This document shows, one piece after another, positions 11,182 to 20,301 of a DNA stretch of 64,000 nucleotides. Each line of letters starts with the position of its first letter. Position 1 is the stretch's first letter. A model generated the notes under the pieces. That model did not search any database, was not told where the DNA came from, and saw only the letters and a list, made by a program, of their open reading frames with translations. The DNA is from an uncultured Candidatus Saccharibacteria bacterium (lineage in GTDB: Bacteria; Patescibacteriota; Saccharimonadia; Saccharimonadales; Saccharimonadaceae). The translations under genes and the position numbers were made by a program. The DNA is taken from positions 16,692-80,691 of the forward strand of contig CAYMXW010000001.1 of assembly GCA_964394555.1 (NCBI GenBank). Reading direction: 5' to 3'.

Positions 11182-12424
11182 CGTCAATAACCGTTTGGTA
11201 GATTTCCTCGAAACGCTCGATAGTGTTATTGAGGTCGTGCTCTTTGGCGAATTTAAGGCTGTTTTGACTAAAGCGGTGTTGGCGGTCTTTGTTCGTCAAG
11301 ATTTTTTTCATACCTTGATAGATGCCGTCGACATCCTTAGGTTGGCAGAGATAACCGTTCTTATCATTATGGCAGATTTCGCTGACGGCGCCAGCGTCAA
11401 CGGCGACTAAGGGTAAGCCGGTAGCGGCAGCTTCAATTAAAACGATACCTTGAGTTTCAATTTCGCTAGCAGTGACAAAAAGTGAGCCGGCGCGATAAAT
11501 ATCGGTAATAGCGGGCGGTAAAATACGGCCGAGAAATTTGATATTTTTAGTAATACCGAGATATTTGGCGTAATCTTCGAGGTGTTCGCGGTCGGTACCC
11601 TCGCCGACAACCACTAGCAAGGCCTCGGGGATGTCATCTAGGAGTTTAGTAAAGGCTTCGAGAACTAAAGAGACGCTTTTTTCGGGGTCGACACGGCCGA
11701 CATAGAGGACAATGGGTTGGTCGGTCGGTAGTTTATAGCGTAGATAAGTTTTGATATTAGTCTTACCCGGTTTAAAACAAGATAAATCAACGCCGTTGCT
11801 CAGAGCCTCGATGGGTACTTTGAAACGACGCTTGTTTTTAGGAGTTAAGTCGGTGATGGCGATTTCGGTGGGCATAGTGGCGTAGTCGCTGTGTTTGAGG
11901 TAGCGCGCCATATATTTAACCAGAGCAGCATCGACCGGGCGTTTGATGGGTTTAAGCAGTTTAAATTGACCAGTCACGGTGTCAGGGTAAGTATGGCCGG
12001 TAGCAACTAGAGGAATATGGTGGTGTTCGGCGTAAGTTTGTACGGCTTGACCAATCATCTCAGAAGTTTGACTATGGATGACGTCGGGTTTGAATTTTTT
12101 CAGGGCGCGACGGATGCCAAAATAAGGGTTGGGGGATACCCAAAGCCCGTAGCGATAGGCTAGGCGCGGCAGGTCTTTACCGAGAATTTCCTTCTTGTCA
12201 GGGACTTTGTTGATTTGGTCGGGGTAAAATGGAATACGAATAGATTTGAGATAAACGGTAGTGACGCCATCACGTTTGACTTGGTGGGCTTTGCCGGTAA
12301 AACTGGGGCAAATCACCATAACTTCGTGACCGTTTTTGGCTAAACCGAGGGCTAAATTATGAGCAAAAGTGGCAATACCGTTGGTCATCGGATAGTAAAC
12401 TGCGGAGGTGATGGCGATTTTCAT
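11171..12424 (-). CDS. GT4 glycosyltransferase, similar to monoglucosyl-diacylglycerol synthases
   Basis: MKIAITSAVYYPMTNGI, YVGRVDPEK, SEIETQGIVLIEAAATGLP. Start moved to 12424; the longer ORF-track start overlaps ctpA. Confidence 0.88.
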   Translation of the reverse strand: MKIAITSAVYYPMTNGIATFAHNLALGLAKNGHEVMVICPSFTGKAHQVKRDGVTTVYLKSIRIPFYPDQINKVPDKKEILGKDLPRLAYRYGLWVSPNPYFGIRRALKKFKPDVIHSQTSEMIGQAVQTYAEHHHIPLVATGHTYPDTVTGQFKLLKPIKRPVDAALVKYMARYLKHSDYATMPTEIAITDLTPKNKRRFKVPIEALSNGVDLSCFKPGKTNIKTYLRYKLPTDQPIVLYVGRVDPEKSVSLVLEAFTKLLDDIPEALLVVVGEGTDREHLEDYAKYLGITKNIKFLGRILPPAITDIYRAGSLFVTASEIETQGIVLIEAAATGLPLVAVDAGAVSEICHNDKNGYLCQPKDVDGIYQGMKKILTNKDRQHRFSQNSLKFAKEHDLNNTIERFEEIYQTVIDAKK

Positions 12425-12440
12425 GTATCTTCCTATTATA

Positions 12441-13619
12441 TCACAGTTGCTTAGCCTTGTCAAGCTGGGGGTCGCGGCCGTGGTTGGTGTCATCGTAGGT
12501 GTTCTTAACTTCGACGTCGGGTTTGATGCCGTCGCCATCGATGTTGTTGTCGTGCGGAGTATACCAACGGGCGGTAGTGACTTTGAGCAGTGAACCACTA
12601 GATAGTTCAAGCAGAGTTTGAACTACGCCTTTGCCGTAGGTGGTTTCGCCGACGAGCTTGGCCTTGCCGTAATCTTGGAGGGCGCCGGCGGTAATTTCAG
12701 CGGCTGAGGCAGTAGTACCATCTACTAGAACGATGGTTTTAATATCTTTTAAGATAGCTTTGCCGCGTGAGGCGTAGGTAGTGCTATCGTCAAAATGGAT
12801 GGATTTCTGAGTGACAATGGCGTCGCCGTCGAGCCAGAGACTGAGAACGTCTTTAGCGGCATTGACATAACCGCCGCCGTTGCCACGTAGGTCGAGGATG
12901 ATTTTATCGCAACCCTTGTCCTTAATTTCTTTGGCGAGGTCTTGGACGAGAGCGCCGGTGCTATTGTCAAAACGAGTGATTTTCAAAATAGCTGTCTTGC
13001 CATCATAGGTGACGTAGGCAGAGACGTTGTTGATTTTCTCGCGTTTCATAGTGAAAGATTTTTCTTTGCCATCGCGGACGATGGTGACGGTGACCTCAGT
13101 ACCCTCTTCGCCGCGGATTTTGTTGGCGATATCTTCGCTAGACCAGTCGTAAACTTCTTCGCCGTCGATTTTGTAGAAGATGTCACCAGCGAGGATGCCG
13201 GCTTCGCGCGCGGGGTTGTCAGGCAGCGTGCGAAGCACGCGAACGTAGCCATCGCGAGTGGAGATTTCGACACCGATGCCAGAACCAACATCGCCTTCGA
13301 GGTCTTGTTTGAATTCTTTGGCTTCTTCGGCGGTCATATAGTCGGTATAAGTATCACCGACGGCTTCGACTAAGCCCTTTTTGGCACCTTCGGTGAGTTG
13401 CGTTTTATCGAGTTCGCCGTCGTAATTGCTAGAAAGGGCGGAGTAAACTTCGTCGAGCGCTGACCAGTCTTCTTCCTTAACTACATTAATACCGAAATAA
13501 GGTAGAAAATCGGTGAAAAAGTGCCAGTTGATACCAACAAAAATGCCGATGACGAGAGTGACTGTGCCACCAATAATAGCGCCACCGAGGCTGACTTTGT
13601 GTTCTACGGGTTTTTTCAT
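12441..13619 (-). CDS. S41 carboxy-terminal processing protease (CtpA-like, PDZ domain)
   Basis: N-terminal TM, GIGVE PDZ domain, LDLRGNGGG, TASAAEI and TYGKGVVQ. Confidence 0.93.
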   Translation of the reverse strand: MKKPVEHKVSLGGAIIGGTVTLVIGIFVGINWHFFTDFLPYFGINVVKEEDWSALDEVYSALSSNYDGELDKTQLTEGAKKGLVEAVGDTYTDYMTAEEAKEFKQDLEGDVGSGIGVEISTRDGYVRVLRTLPDNPAREAGILAGDIFYKIDGEEVYDWSSEDIANKIRGEEGTEVTVTIVRDGKEKSFTMKREKINNVSAYVTYDGKTAILKITRFDNSTGALVQDLAKEIKDKGCDKIILDLRGNGGGYVNAAKDVLSLWLDGDAIVTQKSIHFDDSTTYASRGKAILKDIKTIVLVDGTTASAAEITAGALQDYGKAKLVGETTYGKGVVQTLLELSSGSLLKVTTARWYTPHDNNIDGDGIKPDVEVKNTYDDTNHGRDPQLDKAKQL

Positions 13620-13638
13620 CTTCTTATTTTAGCACAAA

Positions 13639-14757
13639 TTAGTTGAAATGAATATAGCGATAAGCGCTGGCGGGAACGCCACTACGACGTGAAAAGTCAC
13701 CATAGACATAGTTGTATTCGGAGAGGGTGATGGTGTCGCCATGGACGGCTTCAACCCACATGACATGGCCATAGATACCGGCGGTGGAGTAAGCGACGGT
13801 GCCGGGAGCGGGGTTGCTGTCAACGCGAAAACCATGGGCGGCGGCGCTGTTACCCCAGTTGCTGGCGTTGCCCCAAGCCGAGATGGAGTAGCCGTAAGTT
13901 TTGGCGACCATATAGCCGGCGTAACTGGTACACTGGCAGACATAGCCACCGGTGTAAATAAACGAAAGGTTGATGCCGGGGCATTTGGTACGATAGGGGT
14001 AATAATTGCCGTTGGCGTCAGCACCGGTGTTGGCAACGGCGCCGTAATTGTTAGAGGCGCGGATGGCTTTGTTAATTTCTTCGGCCTTAATCTTGCGGGC
14101 GGCTTCGGCATCGGCGCTGTAGGCGTCGGCGTTGTCCTTGTAATTAGCGATAAGAGTGCTTTGCTCATTGCGCTTGGCGGCGATTTCAGAACGCTTAGAG
14201 TTTTTATTAGTAATAATAGCGTCGTTGCTGGCCTTTTTCTGGGCGAGGTCTTCCTTGACGCGGCGAACTTCCTTGGCGGCAGCGACTACTTGTTCTTGAA
14301 CAGTTTCTTTGCGAGATTTGCGTTCGGTGAAATCGCCGAGATTGTCGCTACTGGCGAGGATGGTGATGGCGTCAGGGTCTTCGTTTAAGTGCATCTCAAC
14401 GGTGAGATCAACGAGGGCCTGTTGTTGTTTTTCAAGTTTGGCTTCGGTGGTTTTAATCTGGGTGGCGAGGTCCCTAGCGATGGCTTCATAAGAAGCGATT
14501 TCGGCCTCGACGGCGGCGATTTCAGCGTTTAAGGCGTCGACTTTGCCCTGTAAAGTATTGGCTTGGCTAGAAAGCTCATCGGCCTTAGCCTGAGCGGCAG
14601 CTTCGCGGTCGGCGGCGTCACGGCAAGTTTTGCTAGTACAATAGGGTGAGTAAGTGGTGGCATGGGCGGGTTTGGTAGTGTTTACAAACTGGAAAATAGG
14701 AACTGCTAGCAGAGCAGCAACTACGGGGTAAATTAAGTGTTTGTGTTGAAGTCTCAT
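13639..14757 (-). CDS. Secreted coiled-coil + CHAP peptidoglycan hydrolase (PcsB/CwlO-like FtsEX partner)
   Basis: Signal peptide, long coiled coil, CQCTSYA, WGNASNW, YGHVMWVE, SEYNY; directly downstream of ftsEX. Confidence 0.88.
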   Translation of the reverse strand: MRLQHKHLIYPVVAALLAVPIFQFVNTTKPAHATTYSPYCTSKTCRDAADREAAAQAKADELSSQANTLQGKVDALNAEIAAVEAEIASYEAIARDLATQIKTTEAKLEKQQQALVDLTVEMHLNEDPDAITILASSDNLGDFTERKSRKETVQEQVVAAAKEVRRVKEDLAQKKASNDAIITNKNSKRSEIAAKRNEQSTLIANYKDNADAYSADAEAARKIKAEEINKAIRASNNYGAVANTGADANGNYYPYRTKCPGINLSFIYTGGYVCQCTSYAGYMVAKTYGYSISAWGNASNWGNSAAAHGFRVDSNPAPGTVAYSTAGIYGHVMWVEAVHGDTITLSEYNYVYGDFSRRSGVPASAYRYIHFN

Positions 14758-14763
14758 AACCTC

Positions 14764-14792
14764 ATTATATCACAGATAAGCACAAGAGTCAA
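14764..14792 (-). promoter_or_regulatory. Sigma70 promoter of the CHAP hydrolase gene
   Basis: TTGACT-17 bp-TATAAT (extended TG), 6 nt before the ATG at 14757. Confidence 0.7.
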
Positions 14793-14820
14793 GAAAGCCA
14801 AAACAACTTTTTGGCTTTCT
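14792..14820 (-). terminator. Hairpin at the ftsX 3' end
   Basis: 12-bp inverted repeat AGAAAGCCAAAA-5 nt-TTTTGGCTTTCT overlapping the ftsX stop codon. Confidence 0.6.
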
Positions 14821-15871
14821 ACCTTAGATATTTATGGATAGCGAGGCGGGCGGAGATGGAGCCGATGATGATGCCGAGAGCGATCATGGCGAGGAAAATC
14901 AAGATAACGAGACTGGAGTCAATGATGTTAGAGATAGGTATGATGTCGACACCGAAGTTTTGGAGGTTGGGGGCGACGAGTTTGAAGCCAAAGACTGCAA
15001 TGAGGCTGGCGAGCACGCCAGAGATAATACCGCAAAATTCGGCTTCGACCAAGAAGGGCCCACGAATAAAGGTATTGTCGGCGCCGACCAGTTTCATCAT
15101 ATAGATTTCTTCGCGCCGCGAGAAGATAGCCATGCGGATGGTGTTGAAGATGACAAGGATGGAGATAATCAAGAAGATGCCGCTAAGGATGAGGCCACCA
15201 TTTTTAGCGACATTGGCCCACTTGGTGATGGTGTTGATTTCGTTTTGATTGGCAGCATAAGAAGGCTCTTTAGTATCGAGGTTTTCTTTGAAAGTGGGGT
15301 CGTTTTCAACGATGTTTTTAACGCTATCAAGGTTATTAGGTTCATAGACTGAGATGCGCATGGTGGCGGGCATGGCGCTTAAGAGGAGTTCTTTAACGTC
15401 GTCACTTGAGAGGATGTCGGAAACGTCGGAGTTGCTACCCTGTTCTTCGAGGGCTTTTTTGGTTTCTTCTTCAGAATTGGTAGTGGCGACCTCGCGGACG
15501 TTGCTGTCTTTTTTCATGATATCTGAAAGTTCGGATAAAGTTTGGTCAGAGGTGGTAGGTTTGAGATAGACGGTGATGTCGATTTTCTCTTTCATGCTGG
15601 CGGCGGTACTAGAAAGAACGACGCTAGCAAAAACAGTAATCATTAAAATAACTAGCGTAACAGTCATCACGAGGGTAGCAGCGGCCGAGAGCCAAATATT
15701 GCGGAAAAAGCTAAAAGTGCCGTATTTGATAATGCGACCGTAAGTGAGGAAAAAGTGTGAATTAGAATTGCGCGATAAAGTCTTGAGGTGGTCGCGAACC
15801 ACGGACTGTTCGTGCCGGATGGCGTGCTTGATTTCTTTGTTGCTGATGTTTTTAGACATGACAGGCCTCAC
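14819..15871 (-). CDS. ftsX: Cell division permease FtsX
   Basis: SFFRNIWLS, ITVYL, NTIRMAIFSRREEIYMMKLVGA...FIRGPFLVEA; coupled to ftsE. The start may be 15859. Confidence 0.93.
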   Translation of the reverse strand: MRPVMSKNISNKEIKHAIRHEQSVVRDHLKTLSRNSNSHFFLTYGRIIKYGTFSFFRNIWLSAAATLVMTVTLVILMITVFASVVLSSTAASMKEKIDITVYLKPTTSDQTLSELSDIMKKDSNVREVATTNSEEETKKALEEQGSNSDVSDILSSDDVKELLLSAMPATMRISVYEPNNLDSVKNIVENDPTFKENLDTKEPSYAANQNEINTITKWANVAKNGGLILSGIFLIISILVIFNTIRMAIFSRREEIYMMKLVGADNTFIRGPFLVEAEFCGIISGVLASLIAVFGFKLVAPNLQNFGVDIIPISNIIDSSLVILIFLAMIALGIIIGSISARLAIHKYLR

Positions 15872-16623
15872 AGAGTTTTAATTCTTTTAGCGGCGGACTG
15901 ACGATAAACGGGGTTGGTGCGGGCGGGCCCGGCGGTTTCAAGACGATAAACGCCGTGGCGTTTCTGGTCGCTGATAATACGGCCGTCTTTCAGAGTGATA
16001 ACACGTTTTTGAAGGTGGTTGACAATGTTTTCATCGTGAGTGGTGACGAGAACGGTGGTACCAAAATCGTTGATTTTCTGGAGTAAATCGATGATTTCGG
16101 AGCGGGTGAGTTTGTCAAGGTTGCCAGTAGGCTCGTCGGCGATGAGAATTTTCGGTTGGCGGGCGACCGAGCGGGCGATTGAAACGCGCTGTTGTTCCCC
16201 GCCTGATAGTTGATCGGGAAACTTGTTGCCCTTGTCGGCGAGACCGACGAGTTCTAAGACCTTTGGCACAGTGCGACGAATTTCTTTGTTGCTCATGCCG
16301 GCGATTTCGAGCGCAAAGGCGACGTTTTCATAAACGGTGCGCATGGGTAAAAGTTTGAAATCTTGAAAAACTACACCGATACGACGGCGATAGTGCGGAA
16401 TATGGCGTTTTTTGACGTAATCAAGGTCGATGCCGCCGATGATGATTTTGCCACTGTCGGGAATTTCTTCTTTGGTGATCATTTTCATTAGAGTAGATTT
16501 ACCAGCGCCAGATTTACCGACGAGAAAGACAAACTCGTTGGGTTCAATATGAATTGAGACATTATCAAGGGCCGGCTCATTATCGCCCGGGTACATTTTC
16601 GTGACGCGGTCAAGTAGAATCAT
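15868..16623 (-). CDS. ftsE: Cell division ATP-binding protein FtsE
   Basis: [32 protein letters not shown] and ADEPTGNLD. Confidence 0.95.
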   Translation of the reverse strand: MILLDRVTKMYPGDNEPALDNVSIHIEPNEFVFLVGKSGAGKSTLMKMITKEEIPDSGKIIIGGIDLDYVKKRHIPHYRRRIGVVFQDFKLLPMRTVYENVAFALEIAGMSNKEIRRTVPKVLELVGLADKGNKFPDQLSGGEQQRVSIARSVARQPKILIADEPTGNLDKLTRSEIIDLLQKINDFGTTVLVTTHDENIVNHLQKRVITLKDGRIISDQKRHGVYRLETAGPARTNPVYRQSAAKRIKTL

Positions 16624-16632
16624 ACTGTTATT

Positions 16633-17703
16633 TTAGCATAAGCGTAAGTAGGCGTCAATAAACTCATCAATTTTGCCGTCTAGGACACTATCGGGGTCCT
16701 TGCTTTCATATTTAGTGCGGGTGTCTTTGACTAATTTGTAAGGTTGAAGAACGTAGTTGCGAATTTGTTGACCCCAACTGGCGGACTCGCCGGCGCGTAA
16801 TTCGTTGATGGAGGCGGCGTTTTGTTCTTGTTGTAGCTGAATTAACTTACCTTTTAAGATTTCCATAGCCTTGGCGCGATTTTGGATTTGTGAACGCTCG
16901 TTTTGGATGGCGACGACGGTGTTGGTCGGGAGGTGAGTGATACGAACGGCAGAGTCGGTAGTGTTGACGCCTTGGCCACCGTGGCCGCCACTACGATAAA
17001 CATCGATACGGAGGTCCTTGTCGTCAATTTCGAGGTCCTTATCGTCAATAATAGGCAAGATTTCCACTAGCGCAAACGAGGTTTGGCGGAGATTGTTAGC
17101 GTTAAAGGGGCTAAGTCTGACGAGGCGATGAACACCGTGTTCGGATTTGAGGGTACCGTAGGCATCTTTGCCTTCGATTTCATAAACGGCGGTCTTGATG
17201 CCGGCTTCTTCGCCGGCGGTGCGGTCTAAGAGTTTGGCTTTGAAATGGTGATTTTCGCAAAATCTTAGATACATACGTTCTAACATACCAGCCCAGTCCA
17301 TAGCCTCGGTGCCGCCGGCACCAGAGGTGATGCGCAAAATAGCGCCTTCGTGGTCGTATTTGCCGGTGAACCTAAGAGTTTGGCTAAGTTCGTCCAACTT
17401 AGTAGCGATAGCGCCTAGCTGCTCGGTAATTTCGGTTTTTAAATCGGCGCTTTCGAGGTTTAATAGTTCGTTGATGTCATTTAGCTGGGTTTTTAACATT
17501 AGAAAGTCGTGGGTTTCTTCTTGTAATTTGGCGAGCTGAGTGTTTTTTTGTTTGGCGTTTTCGGGATTGGTCCAGATTTCGGGTTCACTAACTTCGGCTT
17601 CGAGTTTGGCGATTTCGTCAAGTTTAGCATCAATATCTAGCCTTCGCCAAAGATCGGTTAGTTTGGTGTTTAGCGTTTCGGCTTGTTTTTCTAGTTCGCG
17701 CAT
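16633..17703 (-). CDS. prfB: Peptide chain release factor 2 (continuous frame, no programmed frameshift)
   Basis: GAGGTEA, SPF anticodon-mimic tripeptide, GGQGVNTTDSAVR and QIRNYV. Confidence 0.97.
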   Translation of the reverse strand: MRELEKQAETLNTKLTDLWRRLDIDAKLDEIAKLEAEVSEPEIWTNPENAKQKNTQLAKLQEETHDFLMLKTQLNDINELLNLESADLKTEITEQLGAIATKLDELSQTLRFTGKYDHEGAILRITSGAGGTEAMDWAGMLERMYLRFCENHHFKAKLLDRTAGEEAGIKTAVYEIEGKDAYGTLKSEHGVHRLVRLSPFNANNLRQTSFALVEILPIIDDKDLEIDDKDLRIDVYRSGGHGGQGVNTTDSAVRITHLPTNTVVAIQNERSQIQNRAKAMEILKGKLIQLQQEQNAASINELRAGESASWGQQIRNYVLQPYKLVKDTRTKYESKDPDSVLDGKIDEFIDAYLRLC

Positions 17704-17751
17704 AGAGTAATTATATCATACGTGCTATAATTGAGAGAAAGGAGTAGATGT

Positions 17752-19020
17752 ATGAAAATAGCGATTTTGGGTAATGGTAAAGAGGGACAAGCGGTAAAGG
17801 AATATTTTGAGGCGCGCGGTGACGAATGTGAGGTGTTTAGTGATTTTAAAGATGAAGATGTAAAGGGTTTTGAATTAGAAAACTATGATTTAGTAATGCG
17901 CAGTCCGTCGGTGCGGCCGCAGGGTGATTGGAGTAGTAGTACTAAGTATTTCTTGGAGAATTGTCCGGCGCGGGTGATTGGTGTGACTGGCACTAAGGGC
18001 AAAGGGACGACTTGTTCGCTGATTAAATCAGTATTTGAGGCGATGGGGCGCAAAGTGTGGCTAGTCGGTAATATAGGTGTACCGGCGATTTCGGTGCTAG
18101 ATGAGGTTGAGGCTAGCGATGTGGTGGTGTATGAAATGTCGAGTTTTCAGCTGTGGGACGCGTATCGTTCGCCAAGTGTAGCGGTGGTAGTAGGGATTGA
18201 ACCCGACCATTTGAATGTTCATACCGATTTTGACGAATATGTAGATGCTAAGAGTAACATTGTAAAATGGCAGAGCGAGGGCGATGTTTGTGTGTATTAC
18301 AAGGATAATGAGAAATCAGTGGCAATCGCTGAACAGTCACCGGCAGAAGAAAAACTTGCCTATCCGGTAGGCGAATTAATTGAGACGGTGGCAGATAGTG
18401 AGCAAGAAAAAAATGAACTGTTAGATAAGTTGAAGACGGCGCTTAGTTCCCTGTCGATAGTGGGTCGTCACAATATGGAAAATGCGCAGGCGGCTTTGCT
18501 AGCAGTTGGAGGGTATCTGGGCATAGACATCAAAGAACTGTTAAATGAGCATTTGGAAGAAATCTGCCAAGGGTTTAAAGAATTTAAGGGTTTGCCGCAT
18601 CGCTTACAGTTGATACGTGAATTGGACGATGTAAAATATTATGATGATAATTTTGCGACCAATGTCGCTTCGACCAAGGTGGCGATTGAAGCTTTTAATG
18701 TACCAATGGTGATGATAGTGGGTGGACGCGACAAGACTGATTATGCGGATCTGTCAGAGCTAAATGAGTTATTAAGTAAAAATGATTTAATCAAAAAGGT
18801 GGTAATGATTGGCGAGTCGGGAGCAGAACTGGTCAAACGGTATGGCGAGGAAAAGTATGTGCTAGCCGAAAGTTTGAAAGAGGCGGTGAAAAAGGCGCGC
18901 GAATTTGCGCAAGCCGGCGAAGTGGTGCTGATGAGCCCAGCGGCAGCAAGCTTTGATATGTTTGAGAATGTTTATGACCGCGGGGCGCAGTTTGTGGAGC
19001 TAGTAAAGGCGCTAAAATAG
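17752..19020 (+). CDS. murD: UDP-MurNAc-L-Ala--D-Glu ligase
   Basis: GVTGTKGKGTT, EMSSFQL, PDHL, GLPHRLQ, YYDD, GGRDK, SPAAASFDMF.N..DRG. ATG at 17752 has an AAGGAG SD. Confidence 0.94.
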   Translation: MKIAILGNGKEGQAVKEYFEARGDECEVFSDFKDEDVKGFELENYDLVMRSPSVRPQGDWSSSTKYFLENCPARVIGVTGTKGKGTTCSLIKSVFEAMGRKVWLVGNIGVPAISVLDEVEASDVVVYEMSSFQLWDAYRSPSVAVVVGIEPDHLNVHTDFDEYVDAKSNIVKWQSEGDVCVYYKDNEKSVAIAEQSPAEEKLAYPVGELIETVADSEQEKNELLDKLKTALSSLSIVGRHNMENAQAALLAVGGYLGIDIKELLNEHLEEICQGFKEFKGLPHRLQLIRELDDVKYYDDNFATNVASTKVAIEAFNVPMVMIVGGRDKTDYADLSELNELLSKNDLIKKVVMIGESGAELVKRYGEEKYVLAESLKEAVKKAREFAQAGEVVLMSPAAASFDMFENVYDRGAQFVELVKALK

Positions 19021-20289
19021 CGTGCGTAAGCGTTCTTCGAGTTCGTTGATGAGGGTTTTCTCGCAAGAGCTGACTGCGACAAGCCCGTTGATACCGGAGC
19101 CCGCAAATTCGCGCGCCAAATCTACGATGTTGGATTTATCAATGTTTTTGATAAGGGTAGGAGCGTGATTGTAAGGCGAGAGTTCGTGACCGAGGAAATA
19201 ACCATCGGCGTAGTAATCGGCGATTTGGCCGACAGTTTGAGCGCCCATTTGGTAGCGACCGAGAGCATAAGATTTAGCGATATTAAGGTCATGCTCGCTG
19301 ATATCACCGTTTAGAACTCGGCTAAGCTCAACACAAATTAGATCAAAAAGTTCACCGGCGCTCTCTAAATTGACCTCGCCATCAAAATCCCAAGAAGTGT
19401 GGTGAAAACTTGGTGCGAGGCTACTACCCATGCTATAAACGAGACCGCGTTTTCTGGCTTTACCAAAAATACGACTGCTGAGAGTGCCATTTAAAATGTA
19501 ATTAAGTGCGTTCATTTCGTAGATTTCGGAAACGTTAAGACGACGAGGGGTGGCCATGGAAAAGCCAAAGGTAATATTAGAAGCATCTTTGCGTTTAATT
19601 AAAACTGAGGGTGAGCTGTGAAGCGTGTCTTCGGGGATAGTGAAACGTTCGCCGGGTTTGAGCTCCCAATTTTCAAGCATGCGAATCAGCTCGCGCCTGC
19701 GACCACGAATCCGTCCAGCGATAATAAAGCGCATATTATTGGCGGTATGAGTGCGGCGATAATGTTCACGGATGTCTTTGAGTTCGATATTAGGCAGCGT
19801 TTTGAGGCGAGCGCTGAGACTAGGGATATCTTCGCCAAGTGCGTTTTGGAGACGCGGCCAAAGCAGGCGCTGATATTCGTTCATATAACTGGTAAGTTCG
19901 GAGCGAACGGTAGATTTTTCGGATTTTAATTCTTCCTCGTTGAAGCGGGGTTGGGTGATGGAAATGCGTTGTAAGTCCATAATGCGTTTCCACTCAAAAT
20001 CGGCGCATTCAGACTCATAGCAGACTGAAAAATCCGAAGTCCAAGCATTGTGATAAGCACCATTTTTGGCAAATTCGTGTTCAAAAGCTTGCTCGTCTTT
20101 GAACTTGGCATTGGCGCCAAAACTAAGGTGCTCAACAACATGGGCGATTTCGTAAAGGTCGGGAGTTTTGGCATAGCGCATACCGGCACGAAATTGGATG
20201 CGCGTATCCATCACACTAGCGCCGGGAACGTGAATAAACAGGCCTTTGGCGCCGTTTTTGAGAGTGATTTCTTCGAGGGAGTGTTTCAT
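19012..20289 (-). CDS. M16 family zinc peptidase
   Basis: Inverted zinc motif HVVEH, NAWT, and SSRIFGKARKRGLVY. Confidence 0.88.
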   Translation of the reverse strand: MKHSLEEITLKNGAKGLFIHVPGASVMDTRIQFRAGMRYAKTPDLYEIAHVVEHLSFGANAKFKDEQAFEHEFAKNGAYHNAWTSDFSVCYESECADFEWKRIMDLQRISITQPRFNEEELKSEKSTVRSELTSYMNEYQRLLWPRLQNALGEDIPSLSARLKTLPNIELKDIREHYRRTHTANNMRFIIAGRIRGRRRELIRMLENWELKPGERFTIPEDTLHSSPSVLIKRKDASNITFGFSMATPRRLNVSEIYEMNALNYILNGTLSSRIFGKARKRGLVYSMGSSLAPSFHHTSWDFDGEVNLESAGELFDLICVELSRVLNGDISEHDLNIAKSYALGRYQMGAQTVGQIADYYADGYFLGHELSPYNHAPTLIKNIDKSNIVDLAREFAGSGINGLVAVSSCEKTLINELEERLRTLF

Positions 20290-20301
20290 AAAATGAGAAA
20301 A

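Noticed and set aside
13629-15352. Long alternative ORFs (13629..14168, 13741..14388, 14834..15352)
   Set aside because: They fully overlap well-supported CHAP and ftsX genes and show no motifs. Long shadow frames are expected from the biased codon usage.
15900-15953. 11-bp direct repeat GACGATAAACG in the ftsE tail
   Set aside because: It reflects a repeated VYR peptide in a variable C-terminal extension. It lacks the family core hairpin and shows no sign of mobility.
17620-17703. Programmed +1 frameshift in prfB
   Set aside because: The frame is continuous (TGG CGA AGG CTA GAT) with no CTT-TGA site.
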